DNA of 64,000 nt from an uncultured Candidatus Saccharibacteria bacterium (GCA_964644035.1 CAZXUH010000001.1:461720-525719); one strand, 5' to 3'. Shown: positions 18,679-28,693, counted from the stretch's first letter. Program-made: numbers and translations. The notes: generated from the sequence alone by a model not told the origin.

Positions 18679-19131
18679 CTACTGCAGTGATTCGACGACA
18701 CTAAAGAAGTCAGGAAGTGCTTTCTTGAGCTCAGCACTTGGTGGCTCATCAAATATCTTCGCGATTTCCTCCGGAGTAAGAGGGCGTTGTGGTGCCTTGT
18801 TCCACGCAACAGTCTCTGCGCAAACAGAATCCAAGTATTTCAGCCCTTTTTGACGTAGTGGAGTGTTCACCTCGGATAATTTCTCAGCTAGAGTAGCAAA
18901 GAACTCCAGTGGAGTTTGTCCCTTTCCGCCAATGGTAAACTCTTTCAGTTTTGCGGCCGCTTCTGCTGAGAATTCACCCTTCGCAACTCCGAGGGGATCT
19001 GTTAGAAGTGTGAAAGAAACAAGACCTTTTGCTTCTTCACCCTTAAGCCACTCGACCATGTCCACAATACCCGGACAACCCACTTCCTTAAATATCTTTT
19101 TCAGATTTTCCGTATCAATCGTCTCTGCCAT
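18679..19131 (-). CDS. Orphan hypothetical protein
   Basis: 150-aa ORF, AAAGGAG SD, upstream TTGACA..TAGTCT, downstream hairpin AAAGACGTCCAA..TTGGACGTCTTT. Confidence 0.65.
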   Translation of the reverse strand: MAETIDTENLKKIFKEVGCPGIVDMVEWLKGEEAKGLVSFTLLTDPLGVAKGEFSAEAAAKLKEFTIGGKGQTPLEFFATLAEKLSEVNTPLRQKGLKYLDSVCAETVAWNKAPQRPLTPEEIAKIFDEPPSAELKKALPDFFSVVESLQ

Positions 19132-19256
19132 CGTATCTCCTTTCAAAAGAATAGATTCTCATAACAGACTAAAGGAATTCCAGATTGTGTCAATAAATTA
19201 GGTAATACGAAATTTTTCTTGCTTAAATATTCTCTCGGAGTAAGATGAGAACAGAG

Positions 19257-19427
19257 TTAGAACAATACCCAAACAATAGGAGTCTCAAGGTCAGACTCAA
19301 CTTTATTAAAATTGAAAAGCACTTCGCCAACCAGACTTACGAGCTCCGTCAATTGCTCATCCGAAAGACCATCATCTAGAGCCCCTGGATTTCCATCATC
19401 ATATTGATCTAGATATTTTTTATCCAT
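19257..19427 (-). pseudogene. Short, probably truncated ORF coupled to the DUF3850 gene
   Basis: Read by hand: MDKKYLDQYDDGNPGALDDGLSDEQLTELVSLVGEVLFNFNKVESDLETPIVWVLF*, ATG 2 nt after the upstream stop. Confidence 0.4.
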
Positions 19428-19429
19428 AA

Positions 19430-19702
19430 TTAATCAAACTGCAAAACATAAAAACCTTTATCACTTAGTTCTGGCTGATTTTCAACCCAGTTCTTTAAAT
19501 CAACCTTTCGTGCATAAGTAACTTTCTTTTCAACAAATCTCCCTGTTGGCTTCCTATCGGCACCTGTTCCAACCCACTCTTCAAGACGAAGAATATCACC
19601 GTCCTCAATATCAAAATCGGCAAGTCTTAGTTCAAACTTTTTCTTACCCGCAAGAATCATATCTAACCATTCCTTATCGATTTTTTTAATTACTGTTCTC
19701 AT
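19430..19702 (-). CDS. DUF3850/ASCH-like (PUA-fold) protein
   Basis: ILAGKKKFELRLADF....GDILRLEEW. Confidence 0.8.
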   Translation of the reverse strand: MRTVIKKIDKEWLDMILAGKKKFELRLADFDIEDGDILRLEEWVGTGADRKPTGRFVEKKVTYARKVDLKNWVENQPELSDKGFYVLQFD

Positions 19703-20022
19703 ATATTTTCCAAAGGATACACGTCCAAAGCAACTTCATCATATGGATGAATTTCCTTTATTACTGCAATAACATTCTTGAGTTTTTCTCTGGGACAGAT
19801 CGTTTCAATTCTTTCTTCAATCACTTCTTCAAGTTTTCCAACTTCACCAATATGAGGATTGGCTCCTTGTTCAGGTTTAAAACGTCCAACACCCTTTGAG
19901 GAGAAAGTGCAGTGGCTATAGTTACCAATTTTTCCTGCACCCGCTTTGCCCATAGCTTCACGAACCACATCAGTATGCGTTTCTGGGACAAATACAACAA
20001 TTTTTACATTAACAGAATCCAT
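19699..20022 (-). CDS. YqfO/Nif3 PII-like domain protein
   Basis: AGAGKIGNYSHCTF...G.GRF.P..GANP.IG, HPYDEVA.DVYPL. Confidence 0.88.
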   Translation of the reverse strand: MDSVNVKIVVFVPETHTDVVREAMGKAGAGKIGNYSHCTFSSKGVGRFKPEQGANPHIGEVGKLEEVIEERIETICPREKLKNVIAVIKEIHPYDEVALDVYPLENI

Positions 20023-20179
20023 AAATAGATTTTAACATTTTAAGCACCCGTTGACCCCTCTAGGTCTCTAGGTACCAAAAACTTGATTGCTGGTAATCTG
20101 GGAATGTCACCGAAAATTATATGCTGCTAATCATGCTCCTTTTTCAGTTCGAGTCTCAGAGGGGTTTAACAACGAGTGA

Positions 20180-21859
20180 TTAACCGAAGGTAAAAGTAAA
20201 TGCTCGCAATCCAGCGTTCGGTATCACTATCTTAAGCGTGTGCTTTCCATAGTCTGTATCTTGGATGAGCTGGTAGAGCGTTTCATCCTTGATAGTTATC
20301 GTCTTCACTAGCTTATCATCTTCATAGATTTCAACATCCACACCGTTCACCGACCCTGCAGTCATATAGACATTCTTAGCCTCATAACCGAACACAATGG
20401 TTGCCGATCCTTTATTTTCAGCATATTCATCTTCAATATCCCAGACGCCTCCAAGATAGAGATTATTAGGTACGACGCGAGCGGGAATAGAAAGTGTTTG
20501 CTCGCCAACTACACCAAAGCGACCATTCGCCAGATACTGATTTCTGCTAGCGCCGAAATACGTTTCTGGACTCCTTACCTTCCTTGAATCAACCAAAATA
20601 ACATCTGAAGGAGTGGTGTTTGCAGCTTCAGACACGGTATTCTCTGTGCCCATTCGCAGAGCGCGCTCCTCCAGCGCCTTTTGAATAGCCTTTTCTGTTT
20701 CTTCATAAGAACCTTCGCCGATATGGTCATATACGATATAGCCATCGATATCGACAAGATATTTTCGCGGCCAGTACTGATTGCCGAGTGCTCGCCATGT
20801 CGAGTAATCATTATCTAAAACGACAGGATATTTGATATCGAATTTCTCAACGGCTTTTTCTACATTTGACTGAACTTTTTCAAATCCAAATTCCGGTGTA
20901 TGCAGTCCTACGATCTCAAGCCCCTGGTCATGATATTTTTCATACCAATCGTTAAGATATGGAATGGTTCTCTGGCAATTGATGCAACTGTATGTCCAGA
21001 TATCAAGAAGCACCACCTTGCCCTTGAGCGAATCCAGCGTGATCGGCTTGCCATCTGTATTGATGTATCCGTCGATCGTGCTTAGTTCAGGAACCTTGTT
21101 GAATTTTTTTTCTTTACTATCATCCTTAGCTTCGTTCTGTACCTCCAAAAGCTTTTGCTCTACTTTGGTTATATCGAAGAAGCCCGAGTTCGTAATGAGC
21201 GTCTCGATTTTCTTGTCGACACCAGTGAGAATTGCCACGCCCACGAGAATGAAGATAATTCCCAGAACGCGTTTGAACGTTCCCTTCGGATTAGACACGA
21301 CGCCAAGCTTGCCCATGATCTTCTGCCCGACAAAAGCAATAGCAAGCAGCGCCACGCCCAAGCCGACAGTGTAAGAAAGCAGATACACCATACCAAGGAC
21401 CGGGCTTACCGGAAGCACGGTAGCAAGAACGATAAAGTATGTTGGGCTGCATGTAGAGAATACCGGACCCAACGCAGCGCCCACAATGACGTCTCCCCAA
21501 AAATTTTTCTTTTGATCGCCTTTGCCGAGCAGTTTGTTAGACCCGATACTCAACTTAGCAATGATCCGACTCTCCCACAGAGCTGGGAAAAGCGTCACAA
21601 GCCCCAAAAACAGGATGATTCCTCCTGATATAACTTTCCAAGTATATTCCGGGACCGCAACAAATGCCGTACTCACCTTGAGAAGGAGCGTGAAGGCAAT
21701 GACAGAAAGACCGAGCGAACCAATTACTGTCAAAGCCTTTTTTACATTTACTTTTCCGTCGGCAAGCGATCCTCCCACGATAATGGGCAACAGAGGGAGA
21801 ATGCACGGAGCGAGCACGGTCAGTACGCCGCCTATAAATGAAATAATCAGAAGAAACAT
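20180..21859 (-). CDS. dipZ: DipZ-type protein: CcdA/DsbD membrane domain, thioredoxin and C-terminal domain
   Basis: LAPCILPLLP, FSTCSP, WTYSCINCQRTIP, GLHTPEF, YWP, SPETYFG. Confidence 0.85.
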   Translation of the reverse strand: MFLLIISFIGGVLTVLAPCILPLLPIIVGGSLADGKVNVKKALTVIGSLGLSVIAFTLLLKVSTAFVAVPEYTWKVISGGIILFLGLVTLFPALWESRIIAKLSIGSNKLLGKGDQKKNFWGDVIVGAALGPVFSTCSPTYFIVLATVLPVSPVLGMVYLLSYTVGLGVALLAIAFVGQKIMGKLGVVSNPKGTFKRVLGIIFILVGVAILTGVDKKIETLITNSGFFDITKVEQKLLEVQNEAKDDSKEKKFNKVPELSTIDGYINTDGKPITLDSLKGKVVLLDIWTYSCINCQRTIPYLNDWYEKYHDQGLEIVGLHTPEFGFEKVQSNVEKAVEKFDIKYPVVLDNDYSTWRALGNQYWPRKYLVDIDGYIVYDHIGEGSYEETEKAIQKALEERALRMGTENTVSEAANTTPSDVILVDSRKVRSPETYFGASRNQYLANGRFGVVGEQTLSIPARVVPNNLYLGGVWDIEDEYAENKGSATIVFGYEAKNVYMTAGSVNGVDVEIYEDDKLVKTITIKDETLYQLIQDTDYGKHTLKIVIPNAGLRAFTFTFG

Positions 21860-21860
21860 G

Positions 21861-22346
21861 TTATTTTACTTCAGCAACAAGAGCCTCTAGGGTCGGGCTA
21901 CCGCTCCACTTCTTAATGAGATTGCCATCCTTATCCGCCTGAACGAACGTATGCTGATAGGTAACTCCATATTTTTTCTTTAGATCCGCAGAGTTGTCGT
22001 AGTCAACATCAAGGATAGTGAGGCTCGAAGGAATGTAACCGAGATGCGCCTTTATGTCTTTATCAAGCGCAATACAGGTTGGACACCATCCCGCTCTAAA
22101 AAAGAGTACGACATCATGAGTGCTTGAAGCCATCGCAATCTTTTCAGGCGCGTATGCTTCATATGATCCTGCTTTCATCATGGTGTCACCCATCATTGCA
22201 TCATCCTTGTCCATCATCACCTGATCATCTGACATCATGTTTTCTTTTTCCATCATCGCATCGTCTTTATTATTCATTGATGCATACACTCCAATAACAA
22301 CAACCAAGACAACGATTCCAATAATAATTCCTGTGTTTTTATTCAT
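21861..22346 (-). CDS. Exported thioredoxin-family protein with a Met-rich linker
   Basis: TM anchor, DDAMM repeats, WCPTC, KYGVTYQHTFV. Confidence 0.88.
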   Translation of the reverse strand: MNKNTGIIIGIVVLVVVIGVYASMNNKDDAMMEKENMMSDDQVMMDKDDAMMGDTMMKAGSYEAYAPEKIAMASSTHDVVLFFRAGWCPTCIALDKDIKAHLGYIPSSLTILDVDYDNSADLKKKYGVTYQHTFVQADKDGNLIKKWSGSPTLEALVAEVK

Positions 22347-22431
22347 AAAAATATACTAGCTAATAATGACTCTTACTATGATTAGTATAGAAAGGATCAA
22401 AAGAAATGTAAAGTATACTTTACATTATATG

Positions 22432-22794
22432 TTATAGATTTTTATCGCTCCAGATACGAGTAGCTATTTTTGCCACCACCATTCCAATGAGAGCAGCGAC
22501 AAGCCACGCATCAACCTCATGAGAATATCCCTGAATGATAATTCCAAGCATGAGCATCCCTGCACCAACAAGAAAAGCGTTTCTTCCTGACAAGGATTTA
22601 TGATACTCGTCTCTTTCATCAGCCGCTTTTTCGCGAAGAATGAAGCTCGCAAAGACGCCAAATAGCACGAGCGCGGCAACGAGCATGCTCATCACCATCA
22701 TGTCCGGCATCCAGAAATGAAAGGGGTTGAGCAACAATATCGCGATCGCAATCAATACCGCCGTAACGATGATTTCTTTTATATTATTTTTCAT
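22432..22794 (-). CDS. Membrane protein (DUF2178-like)
   Basis: 4 TM, DERDEYH motif; overlaps the upstream HTH gene. Confidence 0.75.
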   Translation of the reverse strand: MKNNIKEIIVTAVLIAIAILLLNPFHFWMPDMMVMSMLVAALVLFGVFASFILREKAADERDEYHKSLSGRNAFLVGAGMLMLGIIIQGYSHEVDAWLVAALIGMVVAKIATRIWSDKNL

Positions 22795-22996
22795 ATGATA
22801 TTTTAAATATTTTCTCGACTGAGACCTTGAAAAAGTCCGCGATCTTTAGAGCGAGTAAAATCGAAGGTGTATAATTCCCTTTTTCGAGGGCGATGATCGT
22901 TTGCCTGCTCACAGCAACCTTTGAAGCAAGCTCTTCTTGGGTTACACCCTTCTCTATTCTATATTTGCTTACTTCATTTTTTATTTTCTCTTTCAT
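22784..22996 (-). CDS. XRE-family HTH transcriptional regulator
   Basis: [31 protein letters not shown]. Confidence 0.9.
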   Translation of the reverse strand: MKEKIKNEVSKYRIEKGVTQEELASKVAVSRQTIIALEKGNYTPSILLALKIADFFKVSVEKIFKISYEK

Positions 22997-23216
22997 ACTC
23001 TTGATTATCACAAATATATCCGGTGTGATATTAAATGTAAAGTTGTCTTTACTTTTAATATTTTCTGCTTATTTAACCCACCTAGGTCTCGAACTGATTC
23101 CATGGCTCAAAATATAGAAACCGATTTTGACCCGTCTAGGACGCTTTTTGTAGTTTTCCAAACCACCCTTGTTTTGCTTCACGTGTCTAGGTCTATTGGT
23201 ACAAAAAACTAAACTG

Positions 23217-23287
23217 CTGCCAGTCAGGGACTCGAACCCCAATAACATCCTCCAGAGGGATGTGTCCTACCATTAGACGAACTGGCA
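23217..23287 (-). tRNA. tRNA-Gln(CTG)
   Basis: TGCCAGT/ACTGGCA acceptor, CATCC-CTCTGGA-GGATG anticodon arm, GGTTCGAGTCC; CCA not encoded. Confidence 0.93.
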
Positions 23288-23398
23288 ATATCACGAGGAT
23301 AGTTTCCAAACGATACCCCAAAAAGCGCTTTTACTCAAGTATTGCGCAGATATAAAAAAATCCCAGAGCCTCGTCTCTGGGATTCGTTTCATGCGATA

Positions 23399-23812
23399 TC
23401 AAATCTTCTGCAAGACCAACTCGTGTGACGGCAACAAGCAACACTTGTGCGGCGGGGTGATCTTGTCGATCAGCCGGTAAAAAAACAAAATTTCATTGTT
23501 CTGCGCAGTATGAGTAAGCTGACGTCCCACCCACTCCGCACAATCAACGACTGTTTTCAACCCCGCCTTCGGCGAATATGGTATCTGGTCCTGACACATC
23601 GTGACTAAGATCGGGAGCGGATCTTTGTACCTTTGGGGATGATTGTAGATATGGATCGCAAACCCTCCCTGCTCCGGATACATATAAGCTGGTATGCCAT
23701 GACTACGGACGATATTCAGAAATTCCTCCCATTGTTTCTCGGTAAATTCAGTTTTACCCCGCAGACTCTCGATGAATTTCAATTCATCGGCTTCAAGTGT
23801 GACAAATTTCAT
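23399..23812 (-). CDS. Orphan hypothetical protein
   Basis: GGAGGT SD; own terminator AATCCCAGAG..CTCTGGGATT (23359-23384). Confidence 0.6.
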   Translation of the reverse strand: MKFVTLEADELKFIESLRGKTEFTEKQWEEFLNIVRSHGIPAYMYPEQGGFAIHIYNHPQRYKDPLPILVTMCQDQIPYSPKAGLKTVVDCAEWVGRQLTHTAQNNEILFFYRLIDKITPPHKCCLLPSHELVLQKI

Positions 23813-23886
23813 ACTACCTCCGCAAAAAAACAAAGAAACTGTTCTCTAAAATTGTAGCCTAAAAAATTGAGCGATTCAATTGCTCT

Positions 23887-25539
23887 TTATTTGTTTTTAT
23901 TGAGTGCTGCTTTGATAAAAGCGCTGAAAAGCGGATGTGGGGCGAGCGGTCGAGCCCTAAACTCAGGATGAAACTGCGTACCAAGGAAAAATGGATGTTC
24001 TGTCTTGGGAAGTTCAGCGATTTCCATCAGTATTCCATCTGGAGATTTGCCCGAAAAGATAAGACCTGCGGCTTCAATTTGCTTGGCATATTCTGGATTT
24101 ACCTCGTAACGGTGACGATGACGCTCACTGACAGAATCGCTCTTATACGCTGCGGCGGCAATTGATCCTTTTCTTAAGTGCGCCAGTCGAGCACCGAGAC
24201 GCATGCTGCCGCCGTAGCGTTTCTTTTCCATATTGATCTTCTGCTCTGGCAAAATATCGATAACGGGATGCGGAGCGTTGGGATTGATTTCAGTCGTGTG
24301 TGCACCCTTGAGATTGGCAACATGTCGAGCGTACTCGATCACTGCCAATTGCATGCCGTAGCAAAGTCCAAAATATGGAATCTTATTTTCACGACAGTAT
24401 TTAATAACATTGATTTTGCCTTCTATGCCACTTGAACCGAAGCCTCCAGGTACAATCACGCCAGCGTATTGGGAAAGTTCTTTTACCTTTTTAGGATCGC
24501 CACCTGCACTCTGATCAAATTCTTTAGAATTGATCCAAGAAATATTGGCTTTGACGCCGGCATTGTATGCCGAAAATTTCACCGCTTCGATCACAGAGAT
24601 ATATGAATCAGAAAGGACAAATTCTCCCGTATCAAAATATTTACCAACAATAGCAATCTTCACTTCCCCTTTTGGCGACTTCATCTTGCGCACATATTGT
24701 CTCCATGGACCGATACCAGCGGAATTTTTCTTTGGCTTGAGGCGCAACTGTTCGAGAATATAATCACCAATACGATCACGTTCAAAATTGAGCGGTACAT
24801 CGTAAATACTTTCTATATCAGGCGCTGAGATAACACCTGCTTCAGGGATATTGCAGGAAATAGAAATTTTCTGCTTACGCTTATGATCAAGTGGCAATTC
24901 TGCTCGGGCAATAACCATGTCTGGCTGTATACCATAGCTATTGAGCTGTCTGACAGCATGTTGTGTTGGTCTTGTTTTCATTTCACCAATCTTGCCTGGT
25001 ATTGGCACATAGCTCACCAGGACAAAGAGTACATCGTCGGGATGTTTGAGACGTATGACACGTGCCGCTTCGATAAAAAGAGCATTTTGATAATCACCCA
25101 CCGTACCACCGACTTCGACAAGACAAATATCTGTTTCTCTAGCGACTTTTTCTATTCTGCCAACAATTTCATCGCGAATATCTGGAATTGCTTCAACGCA
25201 TCGTCCGCCATAGCCGAGATTGCGCTCTTTTTCTATGACATGCTGATAGATCATGCCGCTCGTCATGTATTCAGCATTGGTCAGATCAAGATTGAGAAAA
25301 CGCTCATAGTTGCCCATGTCTTGGTCGGTCTCCAGTCCAGAATCAAGCACGTACGTTTCACCATGCTCAGTCGGATTCATCGTGCCTGCGTCGACGTTGA
25401 GATATGGATCGATCTTGATCGGCCTTACTTCATAACCCTTGCCTTGGAGGATAAGACCGATAGAAGAAGTTGCTATTCCCTTGCCTACTCCAGACATCAC
25501 TCCACCGAAGACGAAAATATACTTGGGCTGTTTTTTCAT
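23887..25539 (-). CDS. pyrG: CTP synthase
   Basis: GGVMSGVGKG, KIDPYLNVDAGTMNP.EHGE, GLCYGMQ, RHRHRYE, QFHPEF. Confidence 0.98.
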   Translation of the reverse strand: MKKQPKYIFVFGGVMSGVGKGIATSSIGLILQGKGYEVRPIKIDPYLNVDAGTMNPTEHGETYVLDSGLETDQDMGNYERFLNLDLTNAEYMTSGMIYQHVIEKERNLGYGGRCVEAIPDIRDEIVGRIEKVARETDICLVEVGGTVGDYQNALFIEAARVIRLKHPDDVLFVLVSYVPIPGKIGEMKTRPTQHAVRQLNSYGIQPDMVIARAELPLDHKRKQKISISCNIPEAGVISAPDIESIYDVPLNFERDRIGDYILEQLRLKPKKNSAGIGPWRQYVRKMKSPKGEVKIAIVGKYFDTGEFVLSDSYISVIEAVKFSAYNAGVKANISWINSKEFDQSAGGDPKKVKELSQYAGVIVPGGFGSSGIEGKINVIKYCRENKIPYFGLCYGMQLAVIEYARHVANLKGAHTTEINPNAPHPVIDILPEQKINMEKKRYGGSMRLGARLAHLRKGSIAAAAYKSDSVSERHRHRYEVNPEYAKQIEAAGLIFSGKSPDGILMEIAELPKTEHPFFLGTQFHPEFRARPLAPHPLFSAFIKAALNKNK

Positions 25540-25592
25540 GTTGTTTCTTTTTTAGACTTCTGCGGGGTGGAGTAAGAAACGTAGGTCATGAA

Positions 25593-26519
25593 TTAGTTGG
25601 TGAGATACTTGCGAACCGCCAGGTAGCTGGAAACGGCGCCAAGAATAATGCCTGAGCTGATAATAAGTACAAAAATCTGTGGAAAATGCGAAATATAATA
25701 TGCATGAATGCTGACGCCTGAAAGGAAATTGACGGTCAGATTGCCTATCCAATATGTCACAGGATACGCTACAGCCAGTGTCAAAATACCTGCAAATACT
25801 CCATATATAATACCGATGACCACAAATGGTCCTCTGATATATTTATTGCTTGCACCGACAAGTCGCATCACAGCAATTTCTTCTCTAGAAATATAAATCG
25901 CCAATCGAATTGTATTGAATGTAATGATGATCGAAAGACTGATCATGATACAGGTGAAGATAAGACCGAGACGTTCCCCTGCTCTGATAAACTTCGTCAG
26001 TTTGTCGATTGCACTCTTGGTATCGACGTAGTTGATCTTGTCGATAATAGAAATACCGTCTTTTGAAAGGAATGATTGATTGTTGAGATCATTGTAAATC
26101 GCTTCGTATTGATTTGGATCCTTGGCTTTTACGTTGATAATAGCGCCAAGTGGATTTTCACCGATTTCTTCAAGAGAAAGGAGGATGGTGCTGTCGTTTT
26201 GGTGACGATCCTTGAAAGCTGCAAGTACTTGTTCTTTAGGAATATAGTTGGCAGCAGCTACTTCAGGCAACTTTTCTATGACAGCCTTGGCTGCAAGTAC
26301 TTCTTCTTCACTGGCATTGGCTGAGAAATAGATATTGATATCGACTTTGTCTTTGATTTCGGTCAAAGCTGCATTGAAAATGACGCTCAAAAAGAGAAGA
26401 GAAGCAATGACAGAGAGAGTAATGAACATCACCAAGATAGATGAAAGCGAAACAAACGTACCTCTCCAAAATTGTACGAATCCCGATTTTATTACGCGCT
26501 TAGTGGTGGTTAAAAACAT
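25593..26519 (-). CDS. ftsX: Cell division permease FtsX
   Basis: NTIRLAIY.SREEIAVMRLVGA...IRGPF; follows ftsE. Confidence 0.93.
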   Translation of the reverse strand: MFLTTTKRVIKSGFVQFWRGTFVSLSSILVMFITLSVIASLLFLSVIFNAALTEIKDKVDINIYFSANASEEEVLAAKAVIEKLPEVAAANYIPKEQVLAAFKDRHQNDSTILLSLEEIGENPLGAIINVKAKDPNQYEAIYNDLNNQSFLSKDGISIIDKINYVDTKSAIDKLTKFIRAGERLGLIFTCIMISLSIIITFNTIRLAIYISREEIAVMRLVGASNKYIRGPFVVIGIIYGVFAGILTLAVAYPVTYWIGNLTVNFLSGVSIHAYYISHFPQIFVLIISSGIILGAVSSYLAVRKYLTN

Positions 26520-26543
26520 AGTGGTATTTATAGCATGGATCGG

Positions 26544-27224
26544 TTAGAGGACATACCTTCCCTGCTGATCGTCCCTGATAACGCGACCATTCTCCATTGT
26601 CAGCACTCTTCGACCTAAATTGTCGATCACACCCTTGTTGTGAGTAGTGAGAACGATTGTCGTACCTAAGTCATTGATCTTTTTAAAGATCTGCACGATT
26701 TCGTACGTACTAATAGGATCAAGGTTGCCTGTTGGTTCGTCAGCAATGATAAGATCGGGCTGATTGACGATAGCTCGAGCAATAGCGACACGCTGACGCT
26801 CTCCTCCCGAGAGCTGACTTGGGAAATTGTGTCCTTTGCTACCAAGATCAACGAGTTCAAGTACATGCGGTACGTCGGCAGCTATTTCTTCATCGCTTCT
26901 GCCAGCCACTTCCATGGCAAAAGCAATGTTTTCATAGGCGGTTTTATTGGGCAAAAGCCTGAAGTCCTGAAAGACTACACCTATCTTACGTCGAAGATTG
27001 TTGATTTCCTTTCTGCGGAGTTTGTGAATATTGGCTGAATGAAAAAAGACTCCCCCAGAGGTAGGTCGGTCTTCTGCCAATATCATTTTGAGAAGGGTCG
27101 TCTTGCCAGCACCGGATTGTCCGACGACAGAAACGAATTCTTTGGGTTCTATATTGAAGCTGACGTTATCGAGAGCAACCGCATCCGCGCCATAAATCTT
27201 CGATACTTTGTCGAAATAGATCAT
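26544..27224 (-). CDS. ftsE: Cell division ATP-binding protein FtsE
   Basis: GQSGAGKTT, LRRKIGVVFQDFRLL, LSGGERQRVAIARAIVNQP. Confidence 0.93.
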   Translation of the reverse strand: MIYFDKVSKIYGADAVALDNVSFNIEPKEFVSVVGQSGAGKTTLLKMILAEDRPTSGGVFFHSANIHKLRRKEINNLRRKIGVVFQDFRLLPNKTAYENIAFAMEVAGRSDEEIAADVPHVLELVDLGSKGHNFPSQLSGGERQRVAIARAIVNQPDLIIADEPTGNLDPISTYEIVQIFKKINDLGTTIVLTTHNKGVIDNLGRRVLTMENGRVIRDDQQGRYVL

Positions 27225-27275
27225 TGCTCTCTATTTTACCCCATAGAGAACTCAGTGCAACCCATATTTTGTGGT

Positions 27276-28145
27276 CTAAAGGTGTTTTTCAGCCTCAATA
27301 AAGTCATCAAGCTCACCGTTGAGGACTTTTTCGACATCTCTGACCTCCATATCTGTCCTATGATCCTTGACCATCTTATACGGATGCAAGACATACGATC
27401 TGATTTGGTTCCCCCATTCGATATCTGTTGTCGAAGAAATCTGCATACCCTTTTCTTTGGCTTTTTGTTCTTCCTGTTGTCGTTTAAAGAGTTTAGCTTT
27501 TAAGATTTCTATAGCCTTTTCTTTGTTCTGAGCTTGAGAACGTTCTGAAGCTACATGGACCGACATGTTTGTCGGAATATGTACTACCCTGACCGCAGTC
27601 TCACGCTTGTTTACATTTTGTCCTCCAGGTCCTCCAGCTTTTGAAAGTTCAAATCGCATATCACCAGCGGGAATATCGATCGAAATCGTTTTTTGAAATT
27701 TTGGTATGACTTCAACCATTGAAAAAGAAGTATGCCGCATACCCTTTGAATTGAAAGGAGAAACTCGCACCAAACGATGTACACCTGATTCATTTTTGAG
27801 ATTGCCGTAGACATTTTTACCCTCGATTTCAAATGTCACATTGCGATAACCGCCGTGATCATTGGTATTTTCATGAATAATTGCCGCACTCCAGCCTTTG
27901 CCTGCAACGTATTTTCGATACATATCAAACAGCATGGCTGAAAAATCTTCAGCATCGTCTCCACCAGCTCCTGAGAAAATCGTAATGACTGCTCCCCCTT
28001 TGTCATACATACCTGCCCCTTCTTTTTTTGCTTTGAGCTCGGCAATTTCCCTGATCACTGCCTGAGCATTGTTTTTATCCTGCCAAAAATCGGCAGCGGA
28101 CATCGATGCTTCGAGCTCTGCAATTTTTAAATCAATATCTTCCAT
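27276..28145 (-). CDS. prfB: Peptide chain release factor 2 (short N-terminal domain)
   Basis: SGAGG, ESGVHRLVRVSPF (SPF), RHTSF, GPGGQNVNK, WGNQIRSYVLHPY. Confidence 0.92.
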   Translation of the reverse strand: MEDIDLKIAELEASMSAADFWQDKNNAQAVIREIAELKAKKEGAGMYDKGGAVITIFSGAGGDDAEDFSAMLFDMYRKYVAGKGWSAAIIHENTNDHGGYRNVTFEIEGKNVYGNLKNESGVHRLVRVSPFNSKGMRHTSFSMVEVIPKFQKTISIDIPAGDMRFELSKAGGPGGQNVNKRETAVRVVHIPTNMSVHVASERSQAQNKEKAIEILKAKLFKRQQEEQKAKEKGMQISSTTDIEWGNQIRSYVLHPYKMVKDHRTDMEVRDVEKVLNGELDDFIEAEKHL

Positions 28146-28183
28146 TGGTCACAGAGTATCAGGTAAACCAGTACTCTGCAAAA

Positions 28184-28522
28184 TTAAGCGTGGAGTATTT
28201 CTTTAACTTTTGGAATGTCTTTGTATTCTATCTTTTTATCAAGCTGCGACCTTAGAAAATTCATTTCTTCGCCCTGTCTTTCCTGAGTATTCTCCAGTGT
28301 TATAAATTTTTCTCCGAGAGCATCAAATTTGCGTTCGACAAACATACGAAGTGATTTGATTTCATTCCGTATATCAGCAAATTCTTCCCAAACTTCTTGC
28401 CTAAATGAAATCGTATCCTGTCTTAGGGAATTGATGTCTTCTTTAATTGGTAAAAGTGCTTTTTCTAATAAAGGTCCGATGATCTCAATCAGATCTTCCT
28501 TATATAATGGTGTTTTTTGCAT
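28184..28522 (-). CDS. Coiled-coil hypothetical protein
   Basis: Heptad-rich ORF; start uncertain. Confidence 0.6.
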   Translation of the reverse strand: MQKTPLYKEDLIEIIGPLLEKALLPIKEDINSLRQDTISFRQEVWEEFADIRNEIKSLRMFVERKFDALGEKFITLENTQERQGEEMNFLRSQLDKKIEYKDIPKVKEILHA

Positions 28523-28617
28523 GCACACATCGTAACAAAACACCTATGAAGAAACGTTCAAATAAAAATAAAATTTCTGTTTGAAATATAAAAACCAAAT
28601 CTTGTCAAAATAGAAAG

Positions 28618-28693
28618 TGGAGCCACCTCGCAGGATCGAACTGCGGACCCCCGCTTTACGAAAGCGGTGCTCTACCAACTGAGCTAAGGTGGC
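28618..28693 (-). tRNA. tRNA-Thr(CGT)
   Basis: GCCACCT/AGGTGGC acceptor, CCGCT-TTCGTAA-AGCGG, CCA encoded. Confidence 0.95.

Larger units (their letters stand above)
20051..23230. mobile_element. Putative integrase-less island/cassette at the tRNA-Gln 3' end
   Basis: 45-bp direct repeat 20059-20103 vs 23186-23230 (35/45 ungapped, includes the tRNA 3' end); 26-bp inverted repeat 20144-20169 vs 23072-23097 (20/26); repeated ACCC.YCTAGG motif. Confidence 0.55.

Noticed and set aside
22937-23212. + strand ORF as a recombinase remnant
   Set aside because: No recombinase motifs; it overlaps the HTH gene and the arm-like repeats.
24883-25575. Long antisense ORFs (also 17958-18551, 36273-36980, 57150-57785, 59361-59960)
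   Set aside because: Opposite well-supported genes, with no motifs; expected from codon bias.
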